The position numbers were made by a program, and so were the translations under genes. The notes under the pieces are model-generated. The model was not told the origin of the DNA and made no database searches. It saw only the letters and a program-made list of their open reading frames with translations. Shown here one piece after another: positions 29,942 to 39,030 of a stretch of 64,000 nt of DNA (position 1 is its first letter; every line of letters begins with the position of its first letter). The DNA is taken from NCBI GenBank assembly GCA_965366915.1, contig CBDUGN010000001.1:10466-74465 (forward strand), written 5' to 3'. The DNA comes from an uncultured Eudoraea sp. GTDB taxonomy: Bacteria; Bacteroidota; Bacteroidia; Flavobacteriales; Flavobacteriaceae.

Positions 29942-31294
29942 CTAAATCATATTTGCAATCTCATTCAAATCAAGCCCGCCATAGTCTCCTGAGCTCATAA
30001 ATAGCACTATGCTATTAGTAACATCCTGATTGAAAAGAAATTCTTTAAAGGCAGCACTATTTGTAAAAATATGAAGTTCTTGCTGTTGAAATGCCTGCTC
30101 TATCTGTTCTTTAGTTATTTCATCTAAACCCTTTATTTTTAGTGATTCAGGTATATAAAATACAGCTGATACATCTGCTTTTTTCAAAGACCCCCTGTAT
30201 TCCTTTAAAAATTCCGCATTTAAACTGCTATAGGTATGTAGTTCTAAACAGGCTATAAGTTTTCGATCCGGGAATTGTTCTTTTACCGCATTTGCTGTTG
30301 CTGCCACTTTACTTGGGGAATGGGCATAATCTTTGAAGATTATTGTATTCCCATTTTCGCCAATTTTTTCCAGGCGTTTTGATGCACCCTTAAATGATGA
30401 TATTGCTTCATAAAAGTCTTCTTCATCCACACCCATATTTTGACAAATCCACTTTGCTCCTGCCAGATTATTCAAATTATGGCGCCCAAATATATTCAGC
30501 GGCATTGGGCCTTCCCCTGTATTTAAAAAAGTCTGCCCGTTCTCAACAAAAAATTCCGGGGTTGAATAGGGAAGTTTCCGTATTGAATTTGCTGAAGCTT
30601 CAACGATGCTTTTTACGTTTACATCCTCTTCATTATACGTAATGCTCCCTCCTTTAACTATACTATCTACAAAAATTTTAAATTGTTCAAGATAATTTTC
30701 AAAAGTGGGAAAAACGTTGACATGATCCCAGGCTATGCCGCTTAAAAGTGCAATATTTGGTTTGTATAGATGAAACTTTGGCCGCCTGTCTATAGGAGAA
30801 GAGAGATATTCGTCTCCTTCTAAAACTATAAAATCATTTTCATCGGTGAGATGTACCATTCGGTCAAATCCCTCCAATTGAGCCCCCACCATATAATCAA
30901 CCTTCTTCCCTTGATAATTCATTACATGAAGGATCATTGAAGTTATAGTGGTCTTGCCATGACTACCTCCAATAACAACACGTGTCTTGTGTTTAGATTG
31001 CTCATAAAGAAATTCCGGATATGAGAAGATTTTTAGATCAAGCTGTTTGGCTTTTATCAATTCAGGATTATCTGGCTTGGCATGCATGCCAAGGATAATG
31101 GCATCCAAGGAAGTATCTATTTTATCGGGAAACCAACCAAACTCAGAAGGGAGGATTCCTTGTTTTGCCAATCTGCCTTTAGAGGGTTCAAATATTACAT
31201 CATCACTGCCCGTAACAACATATCCTTTATGATGCAGAGCCAGGGCCAGATTATGCATAGCACTGCCTCCTATAGCTATAAAATGAATTCGCAT
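29942..31294 (-). CDS. mpl: UDP-N-acetylmuramate:L-alanyl-gamma-D-glutamyl-meso-diaminopimelate ligase (murein peptide ligase)
   Basis: 450 aa with MRIHFIAIGGSAMHNLALALHHKGYVVTGSD and Mur-ligase P-loop GGSHGKTTITSM. Confidence 0.88.
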   Translation of the reverse strand: MRIHFIAIGGSAMHNLALALHHKGYVVTGSDDVIFEPSKGRLAKQGILPSEFGWFPDKIDTSLDAIILGMHAKPDNPELIKAKQLDLKIFSYPEFLYEQSKHKTRVVIGGSHGKTTITSMILHVMNYQGKKVDYMVGAQLEGFDRMVHLTDENDFIVLEGDEYLSSPIDRRPKFHLYKPNIALLSGIAWDHVNVFPTFENYLEQFKIFVDSIVKGGSITYNEEDVNVKSIVEASANSIRKLPYSTPEFFVENGQTFLNTGEGPMPLNIFGRHNLNNLAGAKWICQNMGVDEEDFYEAISSFKGASKRLEKIGENGNTIIFKDYAHSPSKVAATANAVKEQFPDRKLIACLELHTYSSLNAEFLKEYRGSLKKADVSAVFYIPESLKIKGLDEITKEQIEQAFQQQELHIFTNSAAFKEFLFNQDVTNSIVLFMSSGDYGGLDLNEIANMI

Positions 31295-31332
31295 CCTGCC
31301 GTTTTATATTCCTCAAAGATAGGTATTGAAAA

Positions 31333-32238
31333 GTGCAACTCAAATCATTATTTACCTCAGAATCTTTCTATCTTAGTAAGATACTTTATTTCAAAACTTT
31401 GAATACTAAAATTAACATACATGAAACGGCTTTTGTTACGGCGTCTTTTCGAATGGGTGATGTAGCCCTCAGCAAGGACAGGTATGCCTATTTGTGGTCC
31501 AAGAGCAGTATTGACATTCATGCTGAACGCTACAGCTCAGCTGTTTCTTCTTATGAACCTTATGCACATTGTTTACGCAACCGTTATTTTTATGATACCA
31601 TAAAAAAACTCGTGACGCAAAACAGGATTGAAGTTCTTATCAATTTTGGTTGTGGCTTCAGTATGTATCCGTATTTATTAGAAAATTCCCTTGATTATAT
31701 CGAAATTGACAAACCGGATGTTGTTACGCACAAGAAAGAAATGACAACCAAATGGGAAAGGGAAGGGAAATTACCCCAAAGAAACATCACCTATTTGGAA
31801 GCCGATTTTAACCTCGCATCCCAGGATAAACTTTATGAGCAGATAATAGCTCTAAAAAATGGAAGAAAATCTTTTATTCTCCTGGAAGGGGTACTCTTCT
31901 TTTTAAGTAAAGATGACACGAAAAGGCTTTTCAAACTCTTTGGTAAAATTCAGGAACCCGGTGAATACTTAGGCAGTGTTTCCTTTATACCACAATTGGA
32001 AAAACAATTGGTCTTTAAAAAACTGATCGATTATGTTGAAAGCAACCTGGAAAAAAATGAGCGATTTCAATATCAAACGGTTGCTGATGAATTTTATATC
32101 AACCTTGAAGGTTATAAATTAATAGACCACCAGGATACACTTAGCCTTTCGGCCTATTATGAACCCAGACGGTTCTTACCTAAAGAAGAGGTCCTTAATG
32201 AACATATGTATTTATTGAAAAAAAATAGTGTGCAATGA
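31333..32238 (+). CDS. Class I SAM-dependent methyltransferase (leucine carboxyl/O-methyltransferase-like)
   Basis: Contains HETAFVTASFR, VLINFGCGFSMYPY (motif I-like) and FILLEGVLFFL. The start is uncertain: GTG 31333 lies 38 nt from the divergent mpl start, and an in-frame TTG at 31399 is an alternative. Confidence 0.6.
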   Translation: MQLKSLFTSESFYLSKILYFKTLNTKINIHETAFVTASFRMGDVALSKDRYAYLWSKSSIDIHAERYSSAVSSYEPYAHCLRNRYFYDTIKKLVTQNRIEVLINFGCGFSMYPYLLENSLDYIEIDKPDVVTHKKEMTTKWEREGKLPQRNITYLEADFNLASQDKLYEQIIALKNGRKSFILLEGVLFFLSKDDTKRLFKLFGKIQEPGEYLGSVSFIPQLEKQLVFKKLIDYVESNLEKNERFQYQTVADEFYINLEGYKLIDHQDTLSLSAYYEPRRFLPKEEVLNEHMYLLKKNSVQ

Positions 32239-32552
32239 ATTTAGTATTATCAGACATTGAATCAAAAGAAATTATGCCTGGTCTTCATGGTAAAATGATC
32301 CATAGCGAGAACATGACTCTGGCCTTCTGGGAAGTGGAAAAGGGAGCTACGGTTCCGGAACATTCTCACATTAACGAGCAGATTATGCATGTATTGGAAG
32401 GGGATTTTGAATTTAAAGTGGCAGGGGAAACCAAAATTTACGGCCCCGGGGAATTGGTTATTATACCCTCCAATATTCCACATAGTGGTAAGGCACTAAC
32501 GCCATGCAGGCTTATGGATATTTTTAGTCCGGTGCGGGAAGCATATAAATAG
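32235..32552 (+). CDS. Cupin-domain protein
   Basis: 105 aa with PEHSHINEQIMHVLEG...IPSNIPHSG, the two-His cupin motifs. ATGA overlap with the upstream methyltransferase stop. Confidence 0.8.
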   Translation: MNLVLSDIESKEIMPGLHGKMIHSENMTLAFWEVEKGATVPEHSHINEQIMHVLEGDFEFKVAGETKIYGPGELVIIPSNIPHSGKALTPCRLMDIFSPVREAYK

Positions 32553-32560
32553 AAAAAATC

Positions 32561-33346
32561 ATGCAAATCAGTTTACAAGGAAAAAATGCCCTGGTGGGAG
32601 GTAGCAGCCGTGGTATTGGCAAAGCAATTGCCCAGCAATTGGCGGCAAGTGGTGCCAGGGTTACGCTTATGGCCAGAAGTGAAGATCAATTAAAATCTAT
32701 TGCAGCCAGTCTTACACCTAATGGTGGCCCTCCTCATGACTATTTGGTTGTGGATTTTACAGATTTTGATAATTATAAAAATATAATTTCCAAGTACTTT
32801 GAAGATCATAGGGTAGACATACTGGTAAATAATACACAGGGGCCGGCTCCCGGCAATGCCTTGGAGAAGAATATCACAGATTATCAGGAGGCCTTTGACC
32901 TGCTGTTTAAATCTGTTGTATATACTACTCAACTGGCTTTGAAAAACATGATGCAAAATAAATGGGGGCGTATAATTAACGTAGCCTCGATATCTGTAAA
33001 GGAACCATTGGGCTATTTGGCTCTCTCAAATACTATACGGGCCGCAGTGGTTACATGGGCAAAATCATTGGCCACCGAAGTTGCCAAAGATAAAATTACA
33101 GTAAACAATATATTAACAGGATACTTTAATACAGAGCGCATCTCAGATTTAAATAAAAAGAAAGCGGAACAAATGGGTATTTCTGTGGATCAGGTCCGTA
33201 AGACTATGGAAGAACAGGTGCCTGTGAAACGTATTGGTGATCCTCAAGAATATGGATATTTAGTTGCTTTTCTGGCTTCCGATAAAGCTTCTTATATAAC
33301 AGGGACAAACATTCCAATAGATGGTGGCTTACTAAAATCACTATAA
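32561..33346 (+). CDS. Short-chain dehydrogenase/reductase (FabG-like)
   Basis: 261 aa with GGSSRGIGKAIA (TGxxxGIG-like), NNTQGP, and a C-terminal ASYITGTNIPIDGG. Confidence 0.85.
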   Translation: MQISLQGKNALVGGSSRGIGKAIAQQLAASGARVTLMARSEDQLKSIAASLTPNGGPPHDYLVVDFTDFDNYKNIISKYFEDHRVDILVNNTQGPAPGNALEKNITDYQEAFDLLFKSVVYTTQLALKNMMQNKWGRIINVASISVKEPLGYLALSNTIRAAVVTWAKSLATEVAKDKITVNNILTGYFNTERISDLNKKKAEQMGISVDQVRKTMEEQVPVKRIGDPQEYGYLVAFLASDKASYITGTNIPIDGGLLKSL

Positions 33347-33377
33347 ACAGCACTAATATCTGAATTAAATAGTCATT

Positions 33378-34259
33378 CTAACCTTTCAAAGCCAGAATCC
33401 GTTGTTTTTCTTTTAAAGCTCTTTTAAAATCACTTTTGTTGACCAATGCCTTATTTATCCAAAGCATAGAATTCTGTTTATTCCCTTTTTTCCGGTACAA
33501 CAATGCCATTCGATAATAAGCCCATTCCAAGGGGACTCCATCTTTAATAGAATACCTCTCGATATATCTGGTCATATATTCTATTCCCGTATCTAATTGA
33601 AGTCCATACTCACTACACACCTTACCTAACTGATAATTCAATTGGTTTCTTTCAAACTCTTTGAAATCATTCACCAAAGATAATGCCCTTAAATAATTTG
33701 TCTTAGCATTACCCGGTTCATCGTCATATTCATAGACATAACCAAGGGCTAAATAACCATCTAATGTTGAAATTTGTTTTAGTTGCTTAGCAAGTTCATA
33801 AGCTTTGGCATAGCTTCCGCCAACTATTCCCGGCAGTGAAACATAAAAATCTATTAGGGCCCAGTGTGCTCCGGTATGTGTCGGATCAAGGATGAGGGTC
33901 TTTTTAAAGCTCGATTTTATGCGACCTATAAGAGTAAGTCCAACAAAAGGATTACTGTTTTGAGCCTTTTTTGCCAAAACACCTCCGTACTTAAAAAAGT
34001 AAGAAGGGTTATCCGCAATTAAGCTCGTAAGCCTTTTATATATTTCGATAGCCTTGTCCCATTCTTCCTGATACGCATAACTTTCTCCTAATTTGTCTAA
34101 TAAGACAGGGTTGGAATACAGCTTGGGTTGTTCTAATAATAATTCGCTGGCGCGTTTGTAATTCCCGGCATCTATCCAATAGTCTATATCAGAAGTAACT
34201 ATTTGCGCATTCAAGGCAATAGTATAGGTTAAAATTATAAGGAATATGATTTGTCTCAC
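33378..34259 (-). CDS. Tetratricopeptide-repeat protein, secreted
   Basis: 293 aa with a signal peptide. Repeated A/Y/L-spaced helical pairs (WDKAIEIYKRL, YAKAYELAKQL, NAKTNYLRAL, AYYRMALLYRKKGN). Confidence 0.7.
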   Translation of the reverse strand: MRQIIFLIILTYTIALNAQIVTSDIDYWIDAGNYKRASELLLEQPKLYSNPVLLDKLGESYAYQEEWDKAIEIYKRLTSLIADNPSYFFKYGGVLAKKAQNSNPFVGLTLIGRIKSSFKKTLILDPTHTGAHWALIDFYVSLPGIVGGSYAKAYELAKQLKQISTLDGYLALGYVYEYDDEPGNAKTNYLRALSLVNDFKEFERNQLNYQLGKVCSEYGLQLDTGIEYMTRYIERYSIKDGVPLEWAYYRMALLYRKKGNKQNSMLWINKALVNKSDFKRALKEKQRILALKG

Positions 34260-34390
34260 ATTATCTATCCACTTTCGAACTTATTAGGTCGTAATCGGAT
34301 TGTAATCCTTAAAGATGTAGGATTGTCTGGTTGTTACTTCACCTTCAGCTTGGAATTTTAAAGTATATGTACAAAACAATTTCACATTCA

Positions 34391-34927
34391 TCATTTTTTA
34401 CTTTTCTTTACTTCCGGCGGATATTTTGAAAATACTTTGGTCACAATTTCGTGAAGCTTTTTTTCTCTGGTTCTAGGTGAATTATTCTCACTAAAATTAC
34501 TTAAACTTACTGCTTGCCATAATAAGGCATCCTTTTGGCTGTCCACCAGGTCAAAAATTATCTCCCGTTCCAGATTGGAGCCTCCTAAGGGAACTCCTAC
34601 AGATACACCTCCGCCGACATTACCGCTTGTTCCCCCTATTCCTATACCTACTGAGCTATTGCTAGGCGTAACAAACGACTGGCTCTGAATATTGATATAA
34701 AAATCTGGTTCCTCGGATAACAAAATTCCACGCGTTTGCATAGTTGAGTCAATGGCATTAAAAAGTCGTTTTGAATCCAAATCACTGAGACCAGTCTGCA
34801 TTTGAGGGTAATAATTATAAGTATTGTAACTGGTATAATCTGCAGATTTATCGTAATCATAGTTTACACGCACCGTGCTGCAGGAAATTGCGCAAAGAAC
34901 AACTAATATGATCATTATAGTTCTCAT
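34391..34927 (-). CDS. Small lipoprotein (DUF4136-like)
   Basis: 178 aa with lipobox LCAISCSTV and a Gly-rich loop GIGIGGTSGNVGGGVSVGVPLGG. Family name is from memory. Confidence 0.6.
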   Translation of the reverse strand: MRTIMIILVVLCAISCSTVRVNYDYDKSADYTSYNTYNYYPQMQTGLSDLDSKRLFNAIDSTMQTRGILLSEEPDFYINIQSQSFVTPSNSSVGIGIGGTSGNVGGGVSVGVPLGGSNLEREIIFDLVDSQKDALLWQAVSLSNFSENNSPRTREKKLHEIVTKVFSKYPPEVKKSKK

Positions 34928-34984
34928 AAACGATTTTATAATAAAAATAAAGAAAAAAAACAGGGAAGCTGAAAATTGGTTTGT

Positions 34985-35986
34985 TTAATCGTTTAATAGC
35001 AGCCAAAGCTTATCTTTAAGCCCATCCAGACCCATTTCTGATACCGACGAGATGAAGATATAGGGGGTCTCCTTTAAATCCTTATCCAATTCTATTTTCA
35101 TTTCCCCAATTAATTCGTCATCCAGCATATCTGACTTGGAGATGGCGACCAATCTGTTTTTATCCAATAGTTCTGGATTATACTTTCTTAGTTCATTTAA
35201 GAGAACCTCGTATTCCTGACTGATATCTGTACTATCTGCAGGAATTAAGAACAATAGGATTGAATTCCGTTCAATATGACGTAAAAAATAATGTCCTAAA
35301 CCCTTACCTTCGGCAGCTCCCTCAATTATTCCAGGAATATCTGCCATAACGAAACTCCTAAAATCTCTGTACTTTACAATTCCCAGGTTTGGTTTTAACG
35401 TAGTAAATTCATAATCTGCTATTTTTGGTTTTGCAGAAGTCATTACAGAAAGTAGTGTAGACTTTCCCGCATTTGGAAATCCTACCAAGCCAACATCTGC
35501 CAAGACTTTAAGTTCAAGGGTCAATTGTTTCTCTTGTCCTGGCATACCCGGTTGTGCATACCTCGGCGTTTGATTTGTTGGGGTTTTAAAATGCCAATTT
35601 CCTCTGCCTCCTTTACCTCCTTCAGCCGCAATTTTTTCTTCCCCGTGTTCTGTAATTTCAAAAAGAATCTCATTGGTGTCCGAATCGCGAACAACAGTAC
35701 CCAAGGGTACGTCTAAAAATATGTCTGTTCCATCGGCACCACTACTCCTGTTTTTACTCCCATGCGCGCCATGCCCTGCCTTAAAGTGCCGCTTATATTT
35801 GAATCCAAGCAGTGTCCAAAGGTTTTGATTACCACGAATAATAATATGACCCCCTCTACCACCATCACCTCCATCAGGCCCTCCTTTTGGTACATATTTT
35901 TCCCTGTGTAAATGCGCAGACCCTTTACCTCCATTGCCTGAGGCAACTTGCATCTTTACATAATCCACAAAATTCCCTTCGGTCAT
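34985..35986 (-). CDS. obgE: GTPase ObgE/CgtA
   Basis: 333 aa with Obg-fold glycine repeats ([30 protein letters not shown]), G1 GFPNAGKST, and DIPGIIEGA. Confidence 0.95.
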   Translation of the reverse strand: MTEGNFVDYVKMQVASGNGGKGSAHLHREKYVPKGGPDGGDGGRGGHIIIRGNQNLWTLLGFKYKRHFKAGHGAHGSKNRSSGADGTDIFLDVPLGTVVRDSDTNEILFEITEHGEEKIAAEGGKGGRGNWHFKTPTNQTPRYAQPGMPGQEKQLTLELKVLADVGLVGFPNAGKSTLLSVMTSAKPKIADYEFTTLKPNLGIVKYRDFRSFVMADIPGIIEGAAEGKGLGHYFLRHIERNSILLFLIPADSTDISQEYEVLLNELRKYNPELLDKNRLVAISKSDMLDDELIGEMKIELDKDLKETPYIFISSVSEMGLDGLKDKLWLLLND

Positions 35987-36049
35987 CGCTCAAGTTTCGT
36001 TTATAAGAAGTAGCAGTAAAATCAGGTCTGTTTTATTGTGCTATCAAAA

Positions 36050-37168
36050 TCATCCTTCAACCTGTATTGCCTGAATTACTTTGCCAAGGCGCTCTGTAAT
36101 AGCTTCTATTTGCCCAATACCATTTACAGAATGGAATTTACCCTGAGCTTCATAGTATTCTTTGAGAGGTGCGGTTTTTTGATTGTATTCCTCAAAGCGA
36201 TTTCTGATCTTATTCTCGTCCTGATCATCAGTTCTTCCACTTATTTTGCCCCTTTCTAACAAACGCTGAATTAGTTCTTCATCATTAGCTTCTAAGGCAA
36301 TTACTGCGTCAATTTGCATTTCCTTTGAATCCATTAGGTTGTCCAGGGCTTTCGCCTGGTCTACTGTCCTGGGAAAACCGTCAAAAATAAATCCATTAGC
36401 TTCAGGATGTTTCTCTACTTCATCCCTGAGCATTTTTATAGTAACCTCATCCGGAACTAAATCTCCCTTATCCATAAAGGTTTGCGCCAGTTTCCCCAGT
36501 TCGGTATTATTTTTAATATTAAATCTAAAAACATCCCCAGTGGATATGTGCATTAAATTATATTGATCCTTTAAAAAAGCAGCTTGCGTTCCCTTACCTG
36601 CTCCTGGTTTTCCAAAAAGTACAAGATTAATCATATGGTGTTGGTTTAGTTGGTATACATCTCTCAAATTTCTTCCCTGTTCTTTATAATCCAGCCCATA
36701 ACCTACAATAAACTTATTTGGAATCTCTATTCCAACATAATCAATAGGATATTCTCCGTTGTAAATTTCTTGTTTAAAAAACAGGCTTGCTATTTTAAAC
36801 TCCTTGACGTTTGTCTTTGCAAATAAATGGACTAATTCCTGAAGGGTTCTCCCGGTATCAATTATGTCCTCTACAATGACCACACTTCTGCCTTCTATAT
36901 TTTCAGGAAGATCTAAAAGTGTTTCTACAATCCCTGTAGATATAAGACCCCTGTATGAAGCTAATTTAACAAATGACACCTCACATGGATACGGATAATT
37001 TTTCAATAAATCAGATATAAACATGAAGGCCCCGTTAAGTACCCCAACAAATATGGGCACCTCATCTTTGTAGTCTTTAGCAATTTCATCGGCAATTCTC
37101 TCAATTGCAAGTTGTATTTCTTCTTCTTTCAGAAATGGCTTAAACAATTTGTCGTGCAGCTTTATCAA
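36050..37168 (-). CDS. Single continuous frame encoding hypoxanthine phosphoribosyltransferase (aa 1-178) fused to adenylate kinase (aa 179-372)
   Basis: The HPRT half has the PRPP motif VVIVEDIIDTGRTL and KFIVGYGLDY. The Adk half begins MINLVLFGKPGAGKGTQA (internal ATG 36632-36634) and has FIFDGFPRT. There is no stop codon between the halves (...YQLNQHH-MINLV...). Confidence 0.85.
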   Translation of the reverse strand: MIKLHDKLFKPFLKEEEIQLAIERIADEIAKDYKDEVPIFVGVLNGAFMFISDLLKNYPYPCEVSFVKLASYRGLISTGIVETLLDLPENIEGRSVVIVEDIIDTGRTLQELVHLFAKTNVKEFKIASLFFKQEIYNGEYPIDYVGIEIPNKFIVGYGLDYKEQGRNLRDVYQLNQHHMINLVLFGKPGAGKGTQAAFLKDQYNLMHISTGDVFRFNIKNNTELGKLAQTFMDKGDLVPDEVTIKMLRDEVEKHPEANGFIFDGFPRTVDQAKALDNLMDSKEMQIDAVIALEANDEELIQRLLERGKISGRTDDQDENKIRNRFEEYNQKTAPLKEYYEAQGKFHSVNGIGQIEAITERLGKVIQAIQVEG

Positions 37169-37304
37169 TGGTAGTGGTTTTATAGGATGGCAAAGATAGT
37201 ATTTTGCTTTCTCTTTTTTAGGCTAAGGACCCCAGATTCTAACATTTAGGTGTATTTTTGTAGTCAGTCAAAATAATCTGTTTCACCTGAGAAAGTAAAA
37301 CTTC

Positions 37305-38459
37305 ATGAATTTTTTTTCTTCTGATTTTAAGCTGGGCATTCTTGGAGGAGGTCAATTGGGTAAAATGCTCTTGTATGAAACAAGGAAGTTTGATGTTTAT
37401 ACAAAAGTATTAGACTCTTCCCCCGATGCCCCTTGCAAAATAGCATGCAACGAATTTGTAGTGGGTAGTTTAATGGATTTCAATGCGGTTTACAATTTTG
37501 GAAAGGAAGTAGATTTACTCACAATTGAAATTGAAAACGTAAATATAGATGCTCTTGAAAAATTGGAAGAAATAGGCAAAAAAGTTTATCCGTCTTCAAG
37601 GGTTCTCCGAACTATTCAAAACAAGGCAAAGCAGAAGTTATTTTATATAGACAATCAAATTCCTACGGCACCTTTTTCCAGATTTGCTTACACCAGTGAA
37701 ATAAAAGAAAGTGTTGCTCATGGAGGTATTGCATTTCCTTTTGTGTGGAAAAGTGCCCAATTTGGATATGACGGACAAGGTGTAAAGATTGTTCGCTCTT
37801 TGAAAGATCTTGAGAACCTTCCTAATGTTGAATGTATCACTGAGGATCTGATTCCCTTTAAGAATGAACTGGCGGTAATAGTTTCAAGAAATGTCCAGGG
37901 CGAAGTAGTTGATTATCCTGTGGTGGAAATGGAATTTCATCCGGAAGCGAATCAGGTCGAATATGTCCTGTGCCCGGCCAGAATTGACGACGAAGTGGCC
38001 ATAAAAGCCAGAAAGATAGCCTTAAAGTTGTCTGAAAAATTGCAACATGTGGGTCTTCTGGCAGTTGAAATGTTTCAAACAACAGAGGATGAGATTTTGG
38101 TCAATGAGGTAGCGCCCAGACCCCATAATAGTGGCCATTACAGCATAGAAGCAAGTTACACCAATCAATTTGAGCAGCACCTGAGAGCTATTCTTGGATT
38201 TCCACTTGGATGTTCCGACAGTAAAGTAACAGGAGTAATGGTAAATTTGGTTGGTGAAGAAAAATATACCGGCGAAGTTGTATATGAAAATATTGAGGAA
38301 ATATTTAAACTAAGCGGAGTTACACCCCATATTTATGGCAAAAAAGAAACAAGACCATTTAGGAAAATGGGGCATGTAACCATTATTCACAACGATATAA
38401 ATGAGGCACGTAAAACAGCCGAAAAAGTAAAAAAGACAATTAAAGTAATTAGCAAATAA
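37305..38459 (+). CDS. purK: N5-carboxyaminoimidazole ribonucleotide synthase
   Basis: 384 aa, ATP-grasp, with ILGGGQLGKM, NEVAPRPHNSGH and FRKMGHVT. Confidence 0.93.
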   Translation: MNFFSSDFKLGILGGGQLGKMLLYETRKFDVYTKVLDSSPDAPCKIACNEFVVGSLMDFNAVYNFGKEVDLLTIEIENVNIDALEKLEEIGKKVYPSSRVLRTIQNKAKQKLFYIDNQIPTAPFSRFAYTSEIKESVAHGGIAFPFVWKSAQFGYDGQGVKIVRSLKDLENLPNVECITEDLIPFKNELAVIVSRNVQGEVVDYPVVEMEFHPEANQVEYVLCPARIDDEVAIKARKIALKLSEKLQHVGLLAVEMFQTTEDEILVNEVAPRPHNSGHYSIEASYTNQFEQHLRAILGFPLGCSDSKVTGVMVNLVGEEKYTGEVVYENIEEIFKLSGVTPHIYGKKETRPFRKMGHVTIIHNDINEARKTAEKVKKTIKVISK

Positions 38460-38466
38460 TAAAAAT

Positions 38467-38958
38467 ATGAGCAAAGTAGCAGTTATCATGGGCAGTTTAA
38501 GTGATCTTCCCATTATGCAGGAAGCCGTTGATATTTTAAAGGGATTTGATATTGAAGTAGAGGTTGACGTAGTTTCTGCCCACAGAACCCCGGATAAATT
38601 ATTCGAGTTTAGTAAACAAGCTCATAAAAATGGATTCTCGGTCATCATAGCAGGGGCCGGCGGTGCTGCTCACTTACCTGGGATGGTAGCTTCACTTTCG
38701 CCTCTGCCTGTCATAGGTGTACCGGTTAAAAGCAGTAACTCCATAGATGGCTGGGATTCAATTTTGTCCATTTTACAAATGCCCGGGGGAGTTCCTGTTG
38801 CTACTGTTGCCCTTAATGGTGCAAAAAATGCAGGTATACTTGCAGCTCAAATAATAGGTAGTTCTGACCAATGTGTAATGGATAAAATTGTGTTCTACAA
38901 AGAAGGACTAAAGGATAAAGTAATAAAAGGTGCTCAGGAACTTAATAAATCCAAATAG
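38467..38958 (+). CDS. purE: N5-carboxyaminoimidazole ribonucleotide mutase
   Basis: 163 aa with VAVIMGSLSDLP, VSAHRTPD and AGAGGAAHLPGM. Confidence 0.96.
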   Translation: MSKVAVIMGSLSDLPIMQEAVDILKGFDIEVEVDVVSAHRTPDKLFEFSKQAHKNGFSVIIAGAGGAAHLPGMVASLSPLPVIGVPVKSSNSIDGWDSILSILQMPGGVPVATVALNGAKNAGILAAQIIGSSDQCVMDKIVFYKEGLKDKVIKGAQELNKSK

Positions 38959-39030
38959 AATAATTGAGTATTATTGTTTTCCTCAAATTAAATCCTCTAT
39001 TATAACATATTAAAAAACGTTGATCTGTAT

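Noticed and set aside
37169-37304. Possible purine or ZTP-type riboswitch upstream of purK-purE
   Set aside because: The 136-nt divergent spacer has none of the conserved cores I know for purine, ZTP/pfl or PRPP riboswitches, and is too short once promoters are accounted for.
38959-39030. AATAAT/ATTATT hairpin plus T-rich tract after purE as a terminator
   Set aside because: The stem is only 6 A-T base pairs, too weak to call with any confidence.
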